Origin: Betaproteobacteria bacterium | GTDB lineage: Bacteria; Pseudomonadota; Gammaproteobacteria; Burkholderiales; SG8-41 | Length of the DNA stretch: 58,198 bases | Reading direction: 5' to 3' | Assembly (NCBI GenBank): GCA_016177355.1 | Contig: JACOVL010000075.1 | Location: 1 to 58,198 of the forward strand | In this document: positions 10,837 through 19,482 of the stretch, in pieces | Layout: each line of letters starts with the position of its first letter | How positions within the stretch are numbered: the first letter of the stretch is position 1 | The notes under the pieces: generated by a model | Database searches by the model: none | Told to the model about the DNA's origin: nothing | What the model saw: only the letters and a program-made list of their open reading frames with translations | Program-made: the position numbers and the translations under genes

Positions 10837-12114
10837 CTACCTGCGGCCGCCGGCGAGCGCGCGATGGCCGATGTCGCGCCGCAGCTGCATGCCGTCGAAG
10901 CGGATGCCGTCGGCGATTTCGTAGGCGCGGCGCCGGGCCATGCGCACATTGTGCCCGAGCGCGGTGACGGTGAGCACGCGCCCGCCGCTCGAAACCACGT
11001 CCTTGCCGTTCAACACCGTGCCGGCGTGGAACACGTGGCTGTCCTCGGCGGGTGCCGGCAGTCCCCTGATCGCGTCGCCCTTGCGCGGCGCGTCCGGGTA
11101 ACCGTGGGCCGCGAGCACCACCCCGAGCGCAACGCGGGTGTCCCATTCGGCTTCCACCTGGTCGAGGTCGCCCTCAAGCGCGCGCTCGATCAGCGTGACG
11201 AGGTCGCTCTTCAGCCGCAGCATGATCGGCTGCGTCTCAGGGTCTCCCAGCCGGCAGTTGAATTCCAGCACCTTGATGCTGCCGTCCCCGGCGATCATCA
11301 GGCCCGCATACAGAAACCCGGTATAGGGCGTGCCGTCTTTCTCCATGCCGGTGATCGCGGGCTGGATCACTTCGCGCATCACCCTGGCATGCACGCCCGG
11401 CGTGACCACCGGCGCCGGCGAATAGGCGCCCATGCCGCCGGTATTGGGGCCGCGGTCGCCATCGAGGAGACGCTTGTGATCCTGGCTGCTGGCGAGCGCC
11501 AGCGCGTGCCGCCCGTCGGCGAGCACGATAAAGCTCGCTTCCTCGCCTTCGAGATACTGCTCGATCACCACGCGATTGCCCGCGACGCCCATCTCTTTTT
11601 TCAGCAGCATCCGGTCCACCGCCGCATGCGCCTCGTTCGCATCCATCGCCACCACCACGCCCTTGCCGGCGGCGAGCCCGTCGGCCTTGACGACGATGGG
11701 CGCGCCCTGCCGCTCGATGTAATCGTGGGCGCGTCCGGCGTCGGTGAACGCGCCGTAGGCGGCGCTCGGTATGCCGTGGCGCTGCATGAAGCTCTTGGCG
11801 TGTTCCTTGGAGCTTTCCAGCCGCGCTGCCGCTTGTGTCGGGCCGAAGATTCTGAGCCCGGCGGCGGTAAACTCGTCCACGATACCGTCCGCGAGCGGCG
11901 CCTCCGGGCCGACGACGGTGTAAGCGACCGCCTCCTTGCGCGCGAACTTGGCAAGCCCCGGGATGCCGGCGAGCGCGACATTGGCGAGCCCGTCCTCGCG
12001 CGCGGTGCCCGCATTGCCCGGCGCGACGAAGACGCGCGAGACGCGCGGCGAGCGCGCCAGCTTCCACGCCAGCGCATGCTCGCGTCCGCCTGCTCCGATC
12101 ACCAGCAGCTTCAT
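10837..12114 (-). CDS. purD: Phosphoribosylamine-glycine ligase PurD
   Basis: 425 aa starting [19 protein letters not shown], with an ATP-grasp body including GMGAYSPAP. Confidence 0.95.
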   Translation of the reverse strand: MKLLVIGAGGREHALAWKLARSPRVSRVFVAPGNAGTAREDGLANVALAGIPGLAKFARKEAVAYTVVGPEAPLADGIVDEFTAAGLRIFGPTQAAARLESSKEHAKSFMQRHGIPSAAYGAFTDAGRAHDYIERQGAPIVVKADGLAAGKGVVVAMDANEAHAAVDRMLLKKEMGVAGNRVVIEQYLEGEEASFIVLADGRHALALASSQDHKRLLDGDRGPNTGGMGAYSPAPVVTPGVHARVMREVIQPAITGMEKDGTPYTGFLYAGLMIAGDGSIKVLEFNCRLGDPETQPIMLRLKSDLVTLIERALEGDLDQVEAEWDTRVALGVVLAAHGYPDAPRKGDAIRGLPAPAEDSHVFHAGTVLNGKDVVSSGGRVLTVTALGHNVRMARRRAYEIADGIRFDGMQLRRDIGHRALAGGRR

Positions 12115-12126
12115 GCCTTCAAACCC

Positions 12127-12145
12127 ATCCCGCCCAAGGCGGGAT
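12127..12145 (-). terminator. Hairpin in the AT-rich purH-purD spacer (weak terminator or processing element)
   Basis: 8-bp stem ATCCCGCC/GGCGGGAT with a 3-nt loop. On the minus strand it is followed by GGGTTTGAAGGC and then the purD ATG, so the T-tract is poor. Confidence 0.25.
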
Positions 12146-12191
12146 ATTTATGTATCTTATTGATTTAAGATCATTATTTACGGGCCTGGGT

Positions 12192-13754
12192 TCAATGCCG
12201 GAAATGACGCTGGCCGGTGAACGCCATGGCGATGCCGTGCTCGTCGGCGGCGGCGATCACTTCCTCGTCGCGCAGGCTGCCGCCGGGCTGAATGATCGCC
12301 TTGGCGCCGGACTGCGCCACCACGTCGATGCCGTCACGGAACGGGAAAAACGCATCGGAAGCCACCACCGAGCCTTGCAATGAGAGCCCGGCGTGTGCCG
12401 CCTTGATGGCGGCGATGCGCGCAGAATCCACACGGCTCATCTGTCCCGCGCCGACGCCGAGCGTCGCGCCTCCGCCGCAGAATACGATGGCGTTCGACTT
12501 GACGAACGTGGCTACGCGCCACGCAAAGAGCAGGTCGGCAAGCTGCGCTGCGTCCGGCTTCGCTTGGGTGACGATCTTGAGCTCGCCCGCGCCGAGTCGG
12601 GCCATGTCGGGCGTCTGCACCAGCAAGCCCCCGCCCACCCGCTTGAGGTCCAGCTCGTTCGCCCCCGGTGCCGGGGTCACGACGAGCACCCGAATGTTGG
12701 CTTTTTGCGCCAGCGCCCCGCCTGCTTCCGCAGCGTAGGCCGGCGCTATCACCACTTCGACGAACTGCCGGGAGAGCGCTTCGGCAGTCCCGCCATCGAG
12801 CTCGCGGTTGAAGGCGATGATGCCGCCGAAAGCGGAAGCGGGGTCGGTCGCAAACGCCTTGCGGTAGGCTTCGGCGAGACTGCCGGCCACCGCGGCGCCG
12901 CAGGGGTTGGCGTGCTTGACGATGACGCACGCGGGCTCGTCGAAGCTCTTCACGCACTCCCACGCCGCATCCGCGTCGGCCAGGTTGTTGTAGGAGAGCT
13001 CCTTGCCCTGCAACTGCCGGTGGGTGCCGAGGCTGCCCGGGGCCGGCTGCAACTCGCGGTAGAAGGCCGCTTCCTGGTGCGGATTCTCCCCATAGCGGAG
13101 CCTCTGTGCGAGATCGAACTGCAGATTGAGCCGCCGCGGGAAGCGGGCGCGCTCGCCCGCAGCGTCGAGCGCGGTGAGGTAGTTGCTGATCGCGCCATCG
13201 TACTGCGCGGTATGGGAAAACGCCTTCTGCGCGAGGCGAAAGCGCATCTCGGCGCCGACCGCTCCGTTGGTCGCAGCCATCTCGGCCAGCAACGGCGCGT
13301 AATCCGCGGGGTCGGCAACCGCCGCCACGTGCGGGTGGTTCTTGGCAGCGCTCCGGAGCAGCGCCGGGCCGCCGATGTCTATGTTTTCGATAGCTTCTTC
13401 CAGCGAGCAACCGGGCCGGGCCACCGCCGCGCTGAATGGGTAAAGATTGACCGCCACCAGATCGAGCGCCGGGATCGCCGCCCGCTTGAGCGCATCCATG
13501 TGCCCGGGGGCGTCGCGCCGGGCGAGGACGCCGGCATGCACCTTGGGATGCAGCGTTTTCACCCGCCCGTCGAGCATCTCGGGAAAACCGGTGTAGTCGG
13601 CTACCTCGGTCACTTTGAGACCGGCGTCCCTCAGCAGCTTCGCCGTGCCTCCGGTGGAGATCAGCGCGACGCCGAAGCGGGCGAGGCCGCGCGCGAATTC
13701 AACGATCCCGGTCTTGTCCGAAACGCTGATGAGAGCCTGCTTGATGACGGCCAT
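12192..13754 (-). CDS. purH: Bifunctional AICAR transformylase / IMP cyclohydrolase PurH
   Basis: ATG 13754 gives [24 protein letters not shown], which aligns with the E. coli PurH N-terminus. Full-length homology continues to the end. The track ORF extends 23 codons further upstream without support. Confidence 0.95.
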   Translation of the reverse strand: MAVIKQALISVSDKTGIVEFARGLARFGVALISTGGTAKLLRDAGLKVTEVADYTGFPEMLDGRVKTLHPKVHAGVLARRDAPGHMDALKRAAIPALDLVAVNLYPFSAAVARPGCSLEEAIENIDIGGPALLRSAAKNHPHVAAVADPADYAPLLAEMAATNGAVGAEMRFRLAQKAFSHTAQYDGAISNYLTALDAAGERARFPRRLNLQFDLAQRLRYGENPHQEAAFYRELQPAPGSLGTHRQLQGKELSYNNLADADAAWECVKSFDEPACVIVKHANPCGAAVAGSLAEAYRKAFATDPASAFGGIIAFNRELDGGTAEALSRQFVEVVIAPAYAAEAGGALAQKANIRVLVVTPAPGANELDLKRVGGGLLVQTPDMARLGAGELKIVTQAKPDAAQLADLLFAWRVATFVKSNAIVFCGGGATLGVGAGQMSRVDSARIAAIKAAHAGLSLQGSVVASDAFFPFRDGIDVVAQSGAKAIIQPGGSLRDEEVIAAADEHGIAMAFTGQRHFRH

Positions 13755-13834
13755 GGCGCGGTGAGCAGTAAGCGGTCGGGCGCCGCAAACGGCTATTTTA
13801 ACCGCCCACCGCTTGCCGCTCACGGTTTACGCTT

Positions 13835-14074
13835 CTAGAACTTGATGCCGTGCACCTTGATCTTCTTGCGCAGGGTATTGCGGTTGATGCCCAGCATTTC
13901 GGCGGCGTGGGACTGGTTGCCGCGCACCCGGTGCAGCACGCTCTCGAGCAGCGGCTTCTCGACGCAATTGATGACCATGTCGTAGACCGCGCAGGGTTTT
14001 TCCCCGTCCAGGTCCCGGAAATAGCCGTCGATCGCTTTGCGCACCATGCGCGCCATTTCGTTTTCGTTCATCAT
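13835..14074 (-). CDS. fis: DNA-binding protein Fis
   Basis: C-terminal HTH RGNQSHAAEMLGINRNTLRKKIKVHGI. ATG 14074 forms an ATGA overlap with the dusB stop and has GAGGA 9 nt upstream. ATG 14083 and 14071 are alternatives. The dusB-fis order is conserved. Confidence 0.85.
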   Translation of the reverse strand: MMNENEMARMVRKAIDGYFRDLDGEKPCAVYDMVINCVEKPLLESVLHRVRGNQSHAAEMLGINRNTLRKKIKVHGIKF

Positions 14075-15078
14075 GCCGCGCATTCCTCGACATAAGTCAG
14101 GCGCTGCCCGCGGCTCGCGAGCTCGCCGAAAAACGCGTCCACCGCCTTGAGCTGCTCGGCGCTCGACTCGATCCGGTTCAGGGCGTGGCGAAACGCCGCT
14201 GAACCGGCCAAGCCCTTGGTGTACCAGGAAATATGCTTGCGCGCGACGCGCACGCCGGTGTGCTCGCCGTAGAAATCGTAGAGCTCGCGCAGGTGCGCGA
14301 TCAGCACGCGGTGGATCTCCTCCACCGCCGGCGGCGGCAACGGCTCGCCGGTCTTGAGATAGTGCTCGATCTCACGGAACATCCACGGCCGACCCTGGGC
14401 GGCGCGCCCGATCATCACGGCATCGGCCCCGGTGTAGTCCAGCACCCGCTTCACCTTCTCGGGCGTGGAGATATCGCCGTTGGCGATCACCGGGATGCCG
14501 ATTTCGCTCTTGACCGCGGCGATGGTGTCGTACTCGGCGTCCCCGGAAAAGCCGCAGGACCGCGTGCGCCCGTGGATCGCGAGCGCGGCGATACCGGCGC
14601 CCTCTGCGATCTTCGCGACGCGCAGCGCGTTCCGGTTATCGCGGTCCCAGCCGGTGCGAATCTTGAGCGTGATGGGCACACCCACCGCGGTCACCACGGC
14701 GTCAAGGATGCGCCCGACGAGCGGTTCGTCCTTGAGCAGGGCGGAGCCTGCCATCACGTTGCATACTTTCTTCGCCGGGCAGCCCATGTTGATGTCTATG
14801 ATCTGGGCACCCTGGTCCACATTGTAGCGAGCCGCCTCCGCCAGCATTTGCGGGTCGGCGCCCGCGATCTGTACCGCGATCGGCTCGGCTTCGCCTTCGT
14901 GATTGGCGCGGCGTAGCGTTTTCTCCGAGCCCCGGAGCAGGGAATTGCTCGCCACCATCTCCGAGACCGCCATGCCGGCGCCCATGGCCTTGCACAACTG
15001 GCGAAACGGGCGATCGGTCACGCCCGCCATCGGCGCCACGATCAGGTTGTTCTTGAGTTGATGCGGACCAATGTGCAT
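14071..15078 (-). CDS. dusB: tRNA-dihydrouridine synthase B
   Basis: 335 aa with VAPMAGVTDRPFR, INMGCPAKKV and HGRTR motifs of the Dus family. It lies immediately upstream of fis. Confidence 0.93.
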   Translation of the reverse strand: MHIGPHQLKNNLIVAPMAGVTDRPFRQLCKAMGAGMAVSEMVASNSLLRGSEKTLRRANHEGEAEPIAVQIAGADPQMLAEAARYNVDQGAQIIDINMGCPAKKVCNVMAGSALLKDEPLVGRILDAVVTAVGVPITLKIRTGWDRDNRNALRVAKIAEGAGIAALAIHGRTRSCGFSGDAEYDTIAAVKSEIGIPVIANGDISTPEKVKRVLDYTGADAVMIGRAAQGRPWMFREIEHYLKTGEPLPPPAVEEIHRVLIAHLRELYDFYGEHTGVRVARKHISWYTKGLAGSAAFRHALNRIESSAEQLKAVDAFFGELASRGQRLTYVEECAA

Positions 15079-15109
15079 CGGTCGCGTGTTTTATTCGGGA
15101 AAGGGCGAC

Positions 15110-15137
15110 ATTGTAATAGTTGTGTTCGCGCAAGCAA
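15110..15137 (-). promoter_or_regulatory. Candidate sigma70 promoter for dusB-fis
   Basis: On the minus strand: TTGCTT (15137-15132), 16-nt spacer, TACAAT (15115-15110), about 31 nt upstream of the dusB ATG. Confidence 0.3.
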
Positions 15138-15199
15138 AGAAATTATTGCCGTTTTTTCGATCGGTGTTGCGGCGACCCCACACGCCGCGCGCGCGGCCG

Positions 15200-16351
15200 T
15201 CAGCCGCGCGTGCCGAAGGTCATGCGCCGTACGACGAAGTTCCTGGCGGCCGGCACGGCGCCGAGCAGGGTAAGTCCCAGGCCGCGCGCGAGCCTGAGAG
15301 GCTCGAGATCATTGGAAAAAAGCTGCACCAACGTATCGGTAAACCAGACGCCCCCGCGACGGTCGAGCCGCCGCCGCGCGGCATAGGCCCGGAGCAACGC
15401 CGGGCCGCCGACTTCCTCGCGGCTGCAATCCCTAACCAGGTCCGCGAGTTCCCAGGCATCCCTCAGCCCGAGATTCAACCCCTGGCCGGCAACCGGGTGC
15501 AGCGTCTGTGCGGCGTTGCCGAGCGCCGTCACGCGTGGTACCACGATGCGGGAAGAAACCTTGAGCGCGAGAGGAAACCTAGTGCGGGTGCCAACCGCCG
15601 CAACCCCCCCCAGGCGGCCGCCAAAAGCATGCTCGAGTCGCTGCAGGAATTCGGTATCGGGCAGTGTGCACAATTCTTGTGCATGCTCCAGCGTGGTCGT
15701 CCAGATCACCGCCAGCTTCTCCCCGTCCGGCAGAAGGGCTAACGGCCCGGTGGGCGTAAAACGCTCGTACGCGACATTCCGGTGCGGCGTCCGGCTCGTC
15801 ACTCGCGCGGTCACCGCGGCTTGCCGGTAATCGCGTATGCGCGTCTGCGCGCCGGCCGTCAGCGTCCCGCCATCGGCGACGGCCACCAGCCGGGCCGCGG
15901 CGTACTCGGGGCCCGCACCCCGCTCGAACTGGACGCGGACCCTGGCCGGTTCCGGGGCGAGCCCGGTTACCGTCGCGCCGGTCAGAGAGTCGCAGAACCC
16001 GGCACCGAGACCGCCCGCGAGGGTCCGGGCGAGCCGGGCGTAATCGAGCACGTAACCCAGCGCCGGCAGGCGGGCTTCCTCGGCGTCGAGTTCGACCCGC
16101 CCGAAGCCGCCGCGCTGTGAAACATGGATGCGCGCGATCGGGGTCACCGGCGCAAGTTCGTCCCACACGCCCAAACGCTCCAGTATCAACCGGCTGCCAT
16201 GGGAAAGCGCGATCGGGCGCGGATCCATGGGCGCGGGTTCGGGGAGGCGCGCCTCCACGACCGCCACATCGAGGCCGCTGTCGCGCAAAGCCAGCGCCAA
16301 GGCCGTCCCCACCGGCCCGCCGCCCGCGATCAATACGTCGTAATCAGGCAT
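15200..16351 (-). CDS. ubiH: FAD-dependent ubiquinone biosynthesis hydroxylase, UbiH/UbiF/VisC family (UbiH by position after pepP)
   Basis: N-terminal DVLIAGGGPVGTALALAL dinucleotide fold and an internal GNAAQTLHPVAGQGLNLG motif. It overlaps the pepP stop by 8 nt, and pepP-ubiH is the E. coli order. Confidence 0.8.
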   Translation of the reverse strand: MPDYDVLIAGGGPVGTALALALRDSGLDVAVVEARLPEPAPMDPRPIALSHGSRLILERLGVWDELAPVTPIARIHVSQRGGFGRVELDAEEARLPALGYVLDYARLARTLAGGLGAGFCDSLTGATVTGLAPEPARVRVQFERGAGPEYAAARLVAVADGGTLTAGAQTRIRDYRQAAVTARVTSRTPHRNVAYERFTPTGPLALLPDGEKLAVIWTTTLEHAQELCTLPDTEFLQRLEHAFGGRLGGVAAVGTRTRFPLALKVSSRIVVPRVTALGNAAQTLHPVAGQGLNLGLRDAWELADLVRDCSREEVGGPALLRAYAARRRLDRRGGVWFTDTLVQLFSNDLEPLRLARGLGLTLLGAVPAARNFVVRRMTFGTRG

Positions 16352-17651
16352 CGCGGGCCTGCATCAGCGTTTCGATGTCGGAGATGCTTTTCGGGGCGTC
16401 CTGGGTCAGCACCTCGCGTCCGGTCCTGGTCACGAGCACGTCGTCCTCGATGCGCACCCCGATGCCGGAGAAGCGCGCCGGCACCCCGGGGCCGGCGCGG
16501 ACGTAGCATCCCGGCTCCACCGTCAGCACCATCCCCGGCTCGAGCGCGCGCCACCGGCCGCTGCGCTTGTAATCGCCCGCATCGTGCACGTCGAGCCCGA
16601 GCCAGTGGCCGGTGCGGTGCATGTAGTACTTTCTGTAGGCCTCGGTTTCGATCGCCTGCCCGGGGCTGCCTTTGAGGAGCTTCAGGTCCACCAGCCCCCG
16701 CGCCAGGACGCCGATCGCCGCGTGGTGCGGCGCGTCCCAGGCGTTGCCCGGCTTCACCGCGGCGATCGCGGCGGTTTGGGCCTCCAGAACCAATTGGTAG
16801 ATCTCGCGTTGCGGCCCGCCGAATTTTCCGTTCACCGGGAAAGTGCGCGTCACGTCCGAGGCGTAGCCGTCGAGCTCGCAACCGGCGTCTATCAACAGCA
16901 GATCGCCGTCCTTCAGCTTCCCGTCGTTGCGCACGTAATGCAGGATGCACGCGTGCTCGCCGCCGGCGACGATAGGGGGGTACGCGGGCGCCTGCGCGCC
17001 GTGGCGCCGGAATTCATGCAGGAGTTCCGCCTCGATTTCGAACTCGTTCCGGCCCGGGCGCGCGGCGCGCATGGCGCGGCGGTGGGCGCCGGCGGTGATT
17101 GCCGCGGCGCGGCGCATCACGGCGACTTCCTCCGGCCCCTTGATCAGCCGCATCTCGTCGATGAGCGCGTGCGCGTCCCGGATTTCCGCCGGCGCGGCAA
17201 CGCCGCTGCGCGCCCGCCCGCGCACCTGGTTGATCCAGCCCATGACGCGCGCATCCCAAGCCGCGTCCGCCCCGAGATGGCAATGGAGGACGCCGCGGTC
17301 GGCGAGGATATCGGGCATCAGCGCATCAAGCTTGGCGATGGAATGCGCCTCGTCGAACCCGAATTCAGCGCGCGCCGTTTCGGGACCGCAGCGCGAGCCG
17401 TCCCAAATCTCGCGTTCCGGATCGCGGTCGCGGCAGAACAGCACGCTTTTCGCCGGCTCGCCGGCGATGACCACCAGCACCGCGTCCGGCTCGCGGAACC
17501 CGGTGAGGTAGTAGAGGTAGCTGTCGTAGCGATAGGGATAATACGAATCGCGGTTGCGCGTGCGCTCGGGCGCGGCCGGCACGATCGCCACGCCCTCCCG
17601 CATCGAGGCCGCCAGCCGTGTCCGCCGCCGCCGGTAAACCGCTCTGTCCAT
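16344..17651 (-). CDS. pepP: Xaa-Pro aminopeptidase PepP
   Basis: 435 aa in the M24B family, with DAGCELDGYASDVTRTFP, HRTGHWLGLDVHD and GIGVRIEDD metal-ligand motifs. Confidence 0.9.
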   Translation of the reverse strand: MDRAVYRRRRTRLAASMREGVAIVPAAPERTRNRDSYYPYRYDSYLYYLTGFREPDAVLVVIAGEPAKSVLFCRDRDPEREIWDGSRCGPETARAEFGFDEAHSIAKLDALMPDILADRGVLHCHLGADAAWDARVMGWINQVRGRARSGVAAPAEIRDAHALIDEMRLIKGPEEVAVMRRAAAITAGAHRRAMRAARPGRNEFEIEAELLHEFRRHGAQAPAYPPIVAGGEHACILHYVRNDGKLKDGDLLLIDAGCELDGYASDVTRTFPVNGKFGGPQREIYQLVLEAQTAAIAAVKPGNAWDAPHHAAIGVLARGLVDLKLLKGSPGQAIETEAYRKYYMHRTGHWLGLDVHDAGDYKRSGRWRALEPGMVLTVEPGCYVRAGPGVPARFSGIGVRIEDDVLVTRTGREVLTQDAPKSISDIETLMQARDA

Positions 17652-17685
17652 ATTCTTTCTTCTTCAGCCGCCAGGATATTCTGTG

Positions 17686-17691
17686 ATTATA
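17686..17691 (-). promoter_or_regulatory. Candidate -10 box for pepP-ubiH
   Basis: Perfect TATAAT on the minus strand, 35 nt upstream of the pepP ATG. No convincing -35 element was found. Confidence 0.25.
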
Positions 17692-17700
17692 AACAACGTG

Positions 17701-18393
17701 CTAGTCGCCGGACCGGGTGCCGAGCAAGCGCTCGAGGGCAGCCAGGCGCTGCGGCGTGCCGATGTCCATCCAGATCCCGCGATGATGTTCCCCGCTGACG
17801 CGGGCTTGAGCCATCGCGGGCTCGAGCAGCGCGACGAGCTGGCGTCTGGAGCCGCGCGCCACCGGGGCAAACAGCGCCGGCGCATAGATCCCGATGCCGC
17901 TGAAGGTGAGCTTTTGCGCACCGTCTGCCGACACCATGCCGTCAGCCAGGCAGAAATCCCCCCGCGGATGGTGCGCCGGGTTGTCCACCAGCACGAGGTG
18001 GGCGTCGAGCGCGCCGCCGGCGAGCGCCGCCGCCGCTGCCATCAAGCGCGCGAAATCGAAATCGCTGTAGATGTCGCTGTTGACCACCGCGAACGGCGCA
18101 TCGCCCAGCAGCGGCAGCGCATAGGCAATGCCGCCGCCGGTCTCGAGCGGAGTGTCCTCGCGCGAATAGGCGATGCGCACGCCGAGCCGGCTGCCGTCGC
18201 CCAGTTGCCGCTCGATGACGCCGCCCAGGTGCGAGACATTGACCACCAGGTCCGTGAAACCGGCCTGCGCCAGGCACGCGATCAGATGCGCGATCAGCGG
18301 CCGGCCGCCGGCTTCGAGCAGGGATTTGGGGGTACGGTCGGTGAGCGGGCGCATGCGCTCGCCGCGTCCGGCGGCAAGGATCATGGCTTTCAC
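17701..18393 (-). CDS. murU: N-acetylmuramate alpha-1-phosphate uridylyltransferase (MurU-like nucleotidyltransferase)
   Basis: The N-terminus (M)[25 protein letters not shown] is a sugar-nucleotidyltransferase G-loop like Pseudomonas MurU. It lies directly downstream of the kinase gene. Start is GTG 18393 or ATG 18384; the 329-aa track ORF overlaps the upstream gene. Confidence 0.8.
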   Translation of the reverse strand: MKAMILAAGRGERMRPLTDRTPKSLLEAGGRPLIAHLIACLAQAGFTDLVVNVSHLGGVIERQLGDGSRLGVRIAYSREDTPLETGGGIAYALPLLGDAPFAVVNSDIYSDFDFARLMAAAAALAGGALDAHLVLVDNPAHHPRGDFCLADGMVSADGAQKLTFSGIGIYAPALFAPVARGSRRQLVALLEPAMAQARVSGEHHRGIWMDIGTPQRLAALERLLGTRSGD

Positions 18394-18413
18394 GTTGCGG
18401 CGCGCCTGTCCGG

Positions 18414-19421
18414 TTAAAAAGTATGGCCGGCCGCGGGCTGGCGATTCTCCAGCTGGTCGAACAGGCGCGCGAGCGGCTCGAGCTCGCGGTAACGCCCGGC
18501 GACCGCCCGCGCGTAGCGCATGAAGCGCGGCGTGTCCTCGAGGTAGCCGCTCTTCCCGTCGCGGTAGTGGATGCGCGCGAAGATACCGAGCACCTTGAGG
18601 TGGCGCTGCAGGCCCATCCACTCGAAGTCGCGGTAGAACGCGCCGAAGTCGGGATTCACCGGCAGCCCTCTGCGCCGCGCTTTTTCCCAATAGCGCACCG
18701 TCCAGTCGATCACGCGCTCCTCATCCCAGCTCACGAACGCGTCACGGGTGAGCGATACCAGGTCGTAGCTGATCGGGCCGTATACCGCGTCCTGGAAATC
18801 CAGCACGCCGGGATTGGGGTCGGTGACCATCAGGTTGCGCGGCATGTAGTCACGATGCACGTACGTCGCCGGCTGTGCCAGGTTGCGCGCGACGATCAGG
18901 GCTATCATGCCCGCGAGCGTCCGGTTCTGCGCCGCGTCGAGGGTCACACCAAGATGCCTCGCGACATACCACTCCGGAAAAAGATTGCATTCGCGCCTGA
19001 GCAGCGCTTCGTCGTACGGCGGCAGCTCGCCCTCACGGCTCGCCAGCTGCCATTTGAGCAGCGCTTCGGTCGCGTCGCCGAACAACCGGTCGGCATTGCC
19101 CTCGTTGAGCGCGGCAAGGTAGGGGGTGTCGCCGAAGTCGGTCAGCAACAGGAAGCCCGCCCGGAGATCCTGCGCGATCACCTCCGGCGCGTTCAGTCCG
19201 GCGGCGCGCAGCAGGCGCGCTATTCGTAGGTACGGCCTGCAGTCTTCGCGCTCCGGCGGCGCGTCCATCGCAATCCAGGACAGCCCCCCGGCGGCTACTC
19301 GGAAATAGCGGCGAAAACTGGCGTCGGCCGAGGCCGGTTTCAGTGAAAACGCCCCCGCCGCAAAGCGCGCGGCGAGCCAGTCGTGCAGCTGTTCCAACCG
19401 GGTATCGGGTATCGCCGGCAA
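18414..19421 (-). CDS. amgK: Anomeric MurNAc/GlcNAc kinase AmgK-like (aminoglycoside phosphotransferase fold)
   Basis: APH-fold motifs [11 protein letters not shown] and VLDFQDA. It is paired with murU next to lptD, as in Pseudomonas. Start is tentative: TTG 19421 has GAAGG 8 nt upstream, and GTG 19460 is an alternative. Longer forms would overlap the divergent lptD start. Confidence 0.75.
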   Translation of the reverse strand: MPAIPDTRLEQLHDWLAARFAAGAFSLKPASADASFRRYFRVAAGGLSWIAMDAPPEREDCRPYLRIARLLRAAGLNAPEVIAQDLRAGFLLLTDFGDTPYLAALNEGNADRLFGDATEALLKWQLASREGELPPYDEALLRRECNLFPEWYVARHLGVTLDAAQNRTLAGMIALIVARNLAQPATYVHRDYMPRNLMVTDPNPGVLDFQDAVYGPISYDLVSLTRDAFVSWDEERVIDWTVRYWEKARRRGLPVNPDFGAFYRDFEWMGLQRHLKVLGIFARIHYRDGKSGYLEDTPRFMRYARAVAGRYRELEPLARLFDQLENRQPAAGHTF

Positions 19422-19482
19422 GCCGATTGCCTTCAGCGATGAATTGTGCGATTTTAGCACTTCGCCCTGGCAGCCTCCCCCG

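Noticed and set aside
9927-10949. N-terminally extended versions of real genes in the ORF track: hemF to 10949, purH to 13823, murU to 18690, amgK to 19700, gloA to 25465, pdxA from 22858, rsmA from 23187, the dGTPase-like gene from 40729, hemE from 48069, the SBP gene from 1209 and pilN from 35102.
   Set aside because: The extensions overlap the neighbouring gene or a promoter and have no homology. Internal starts reproduce the canonical N-termini of the protein families.
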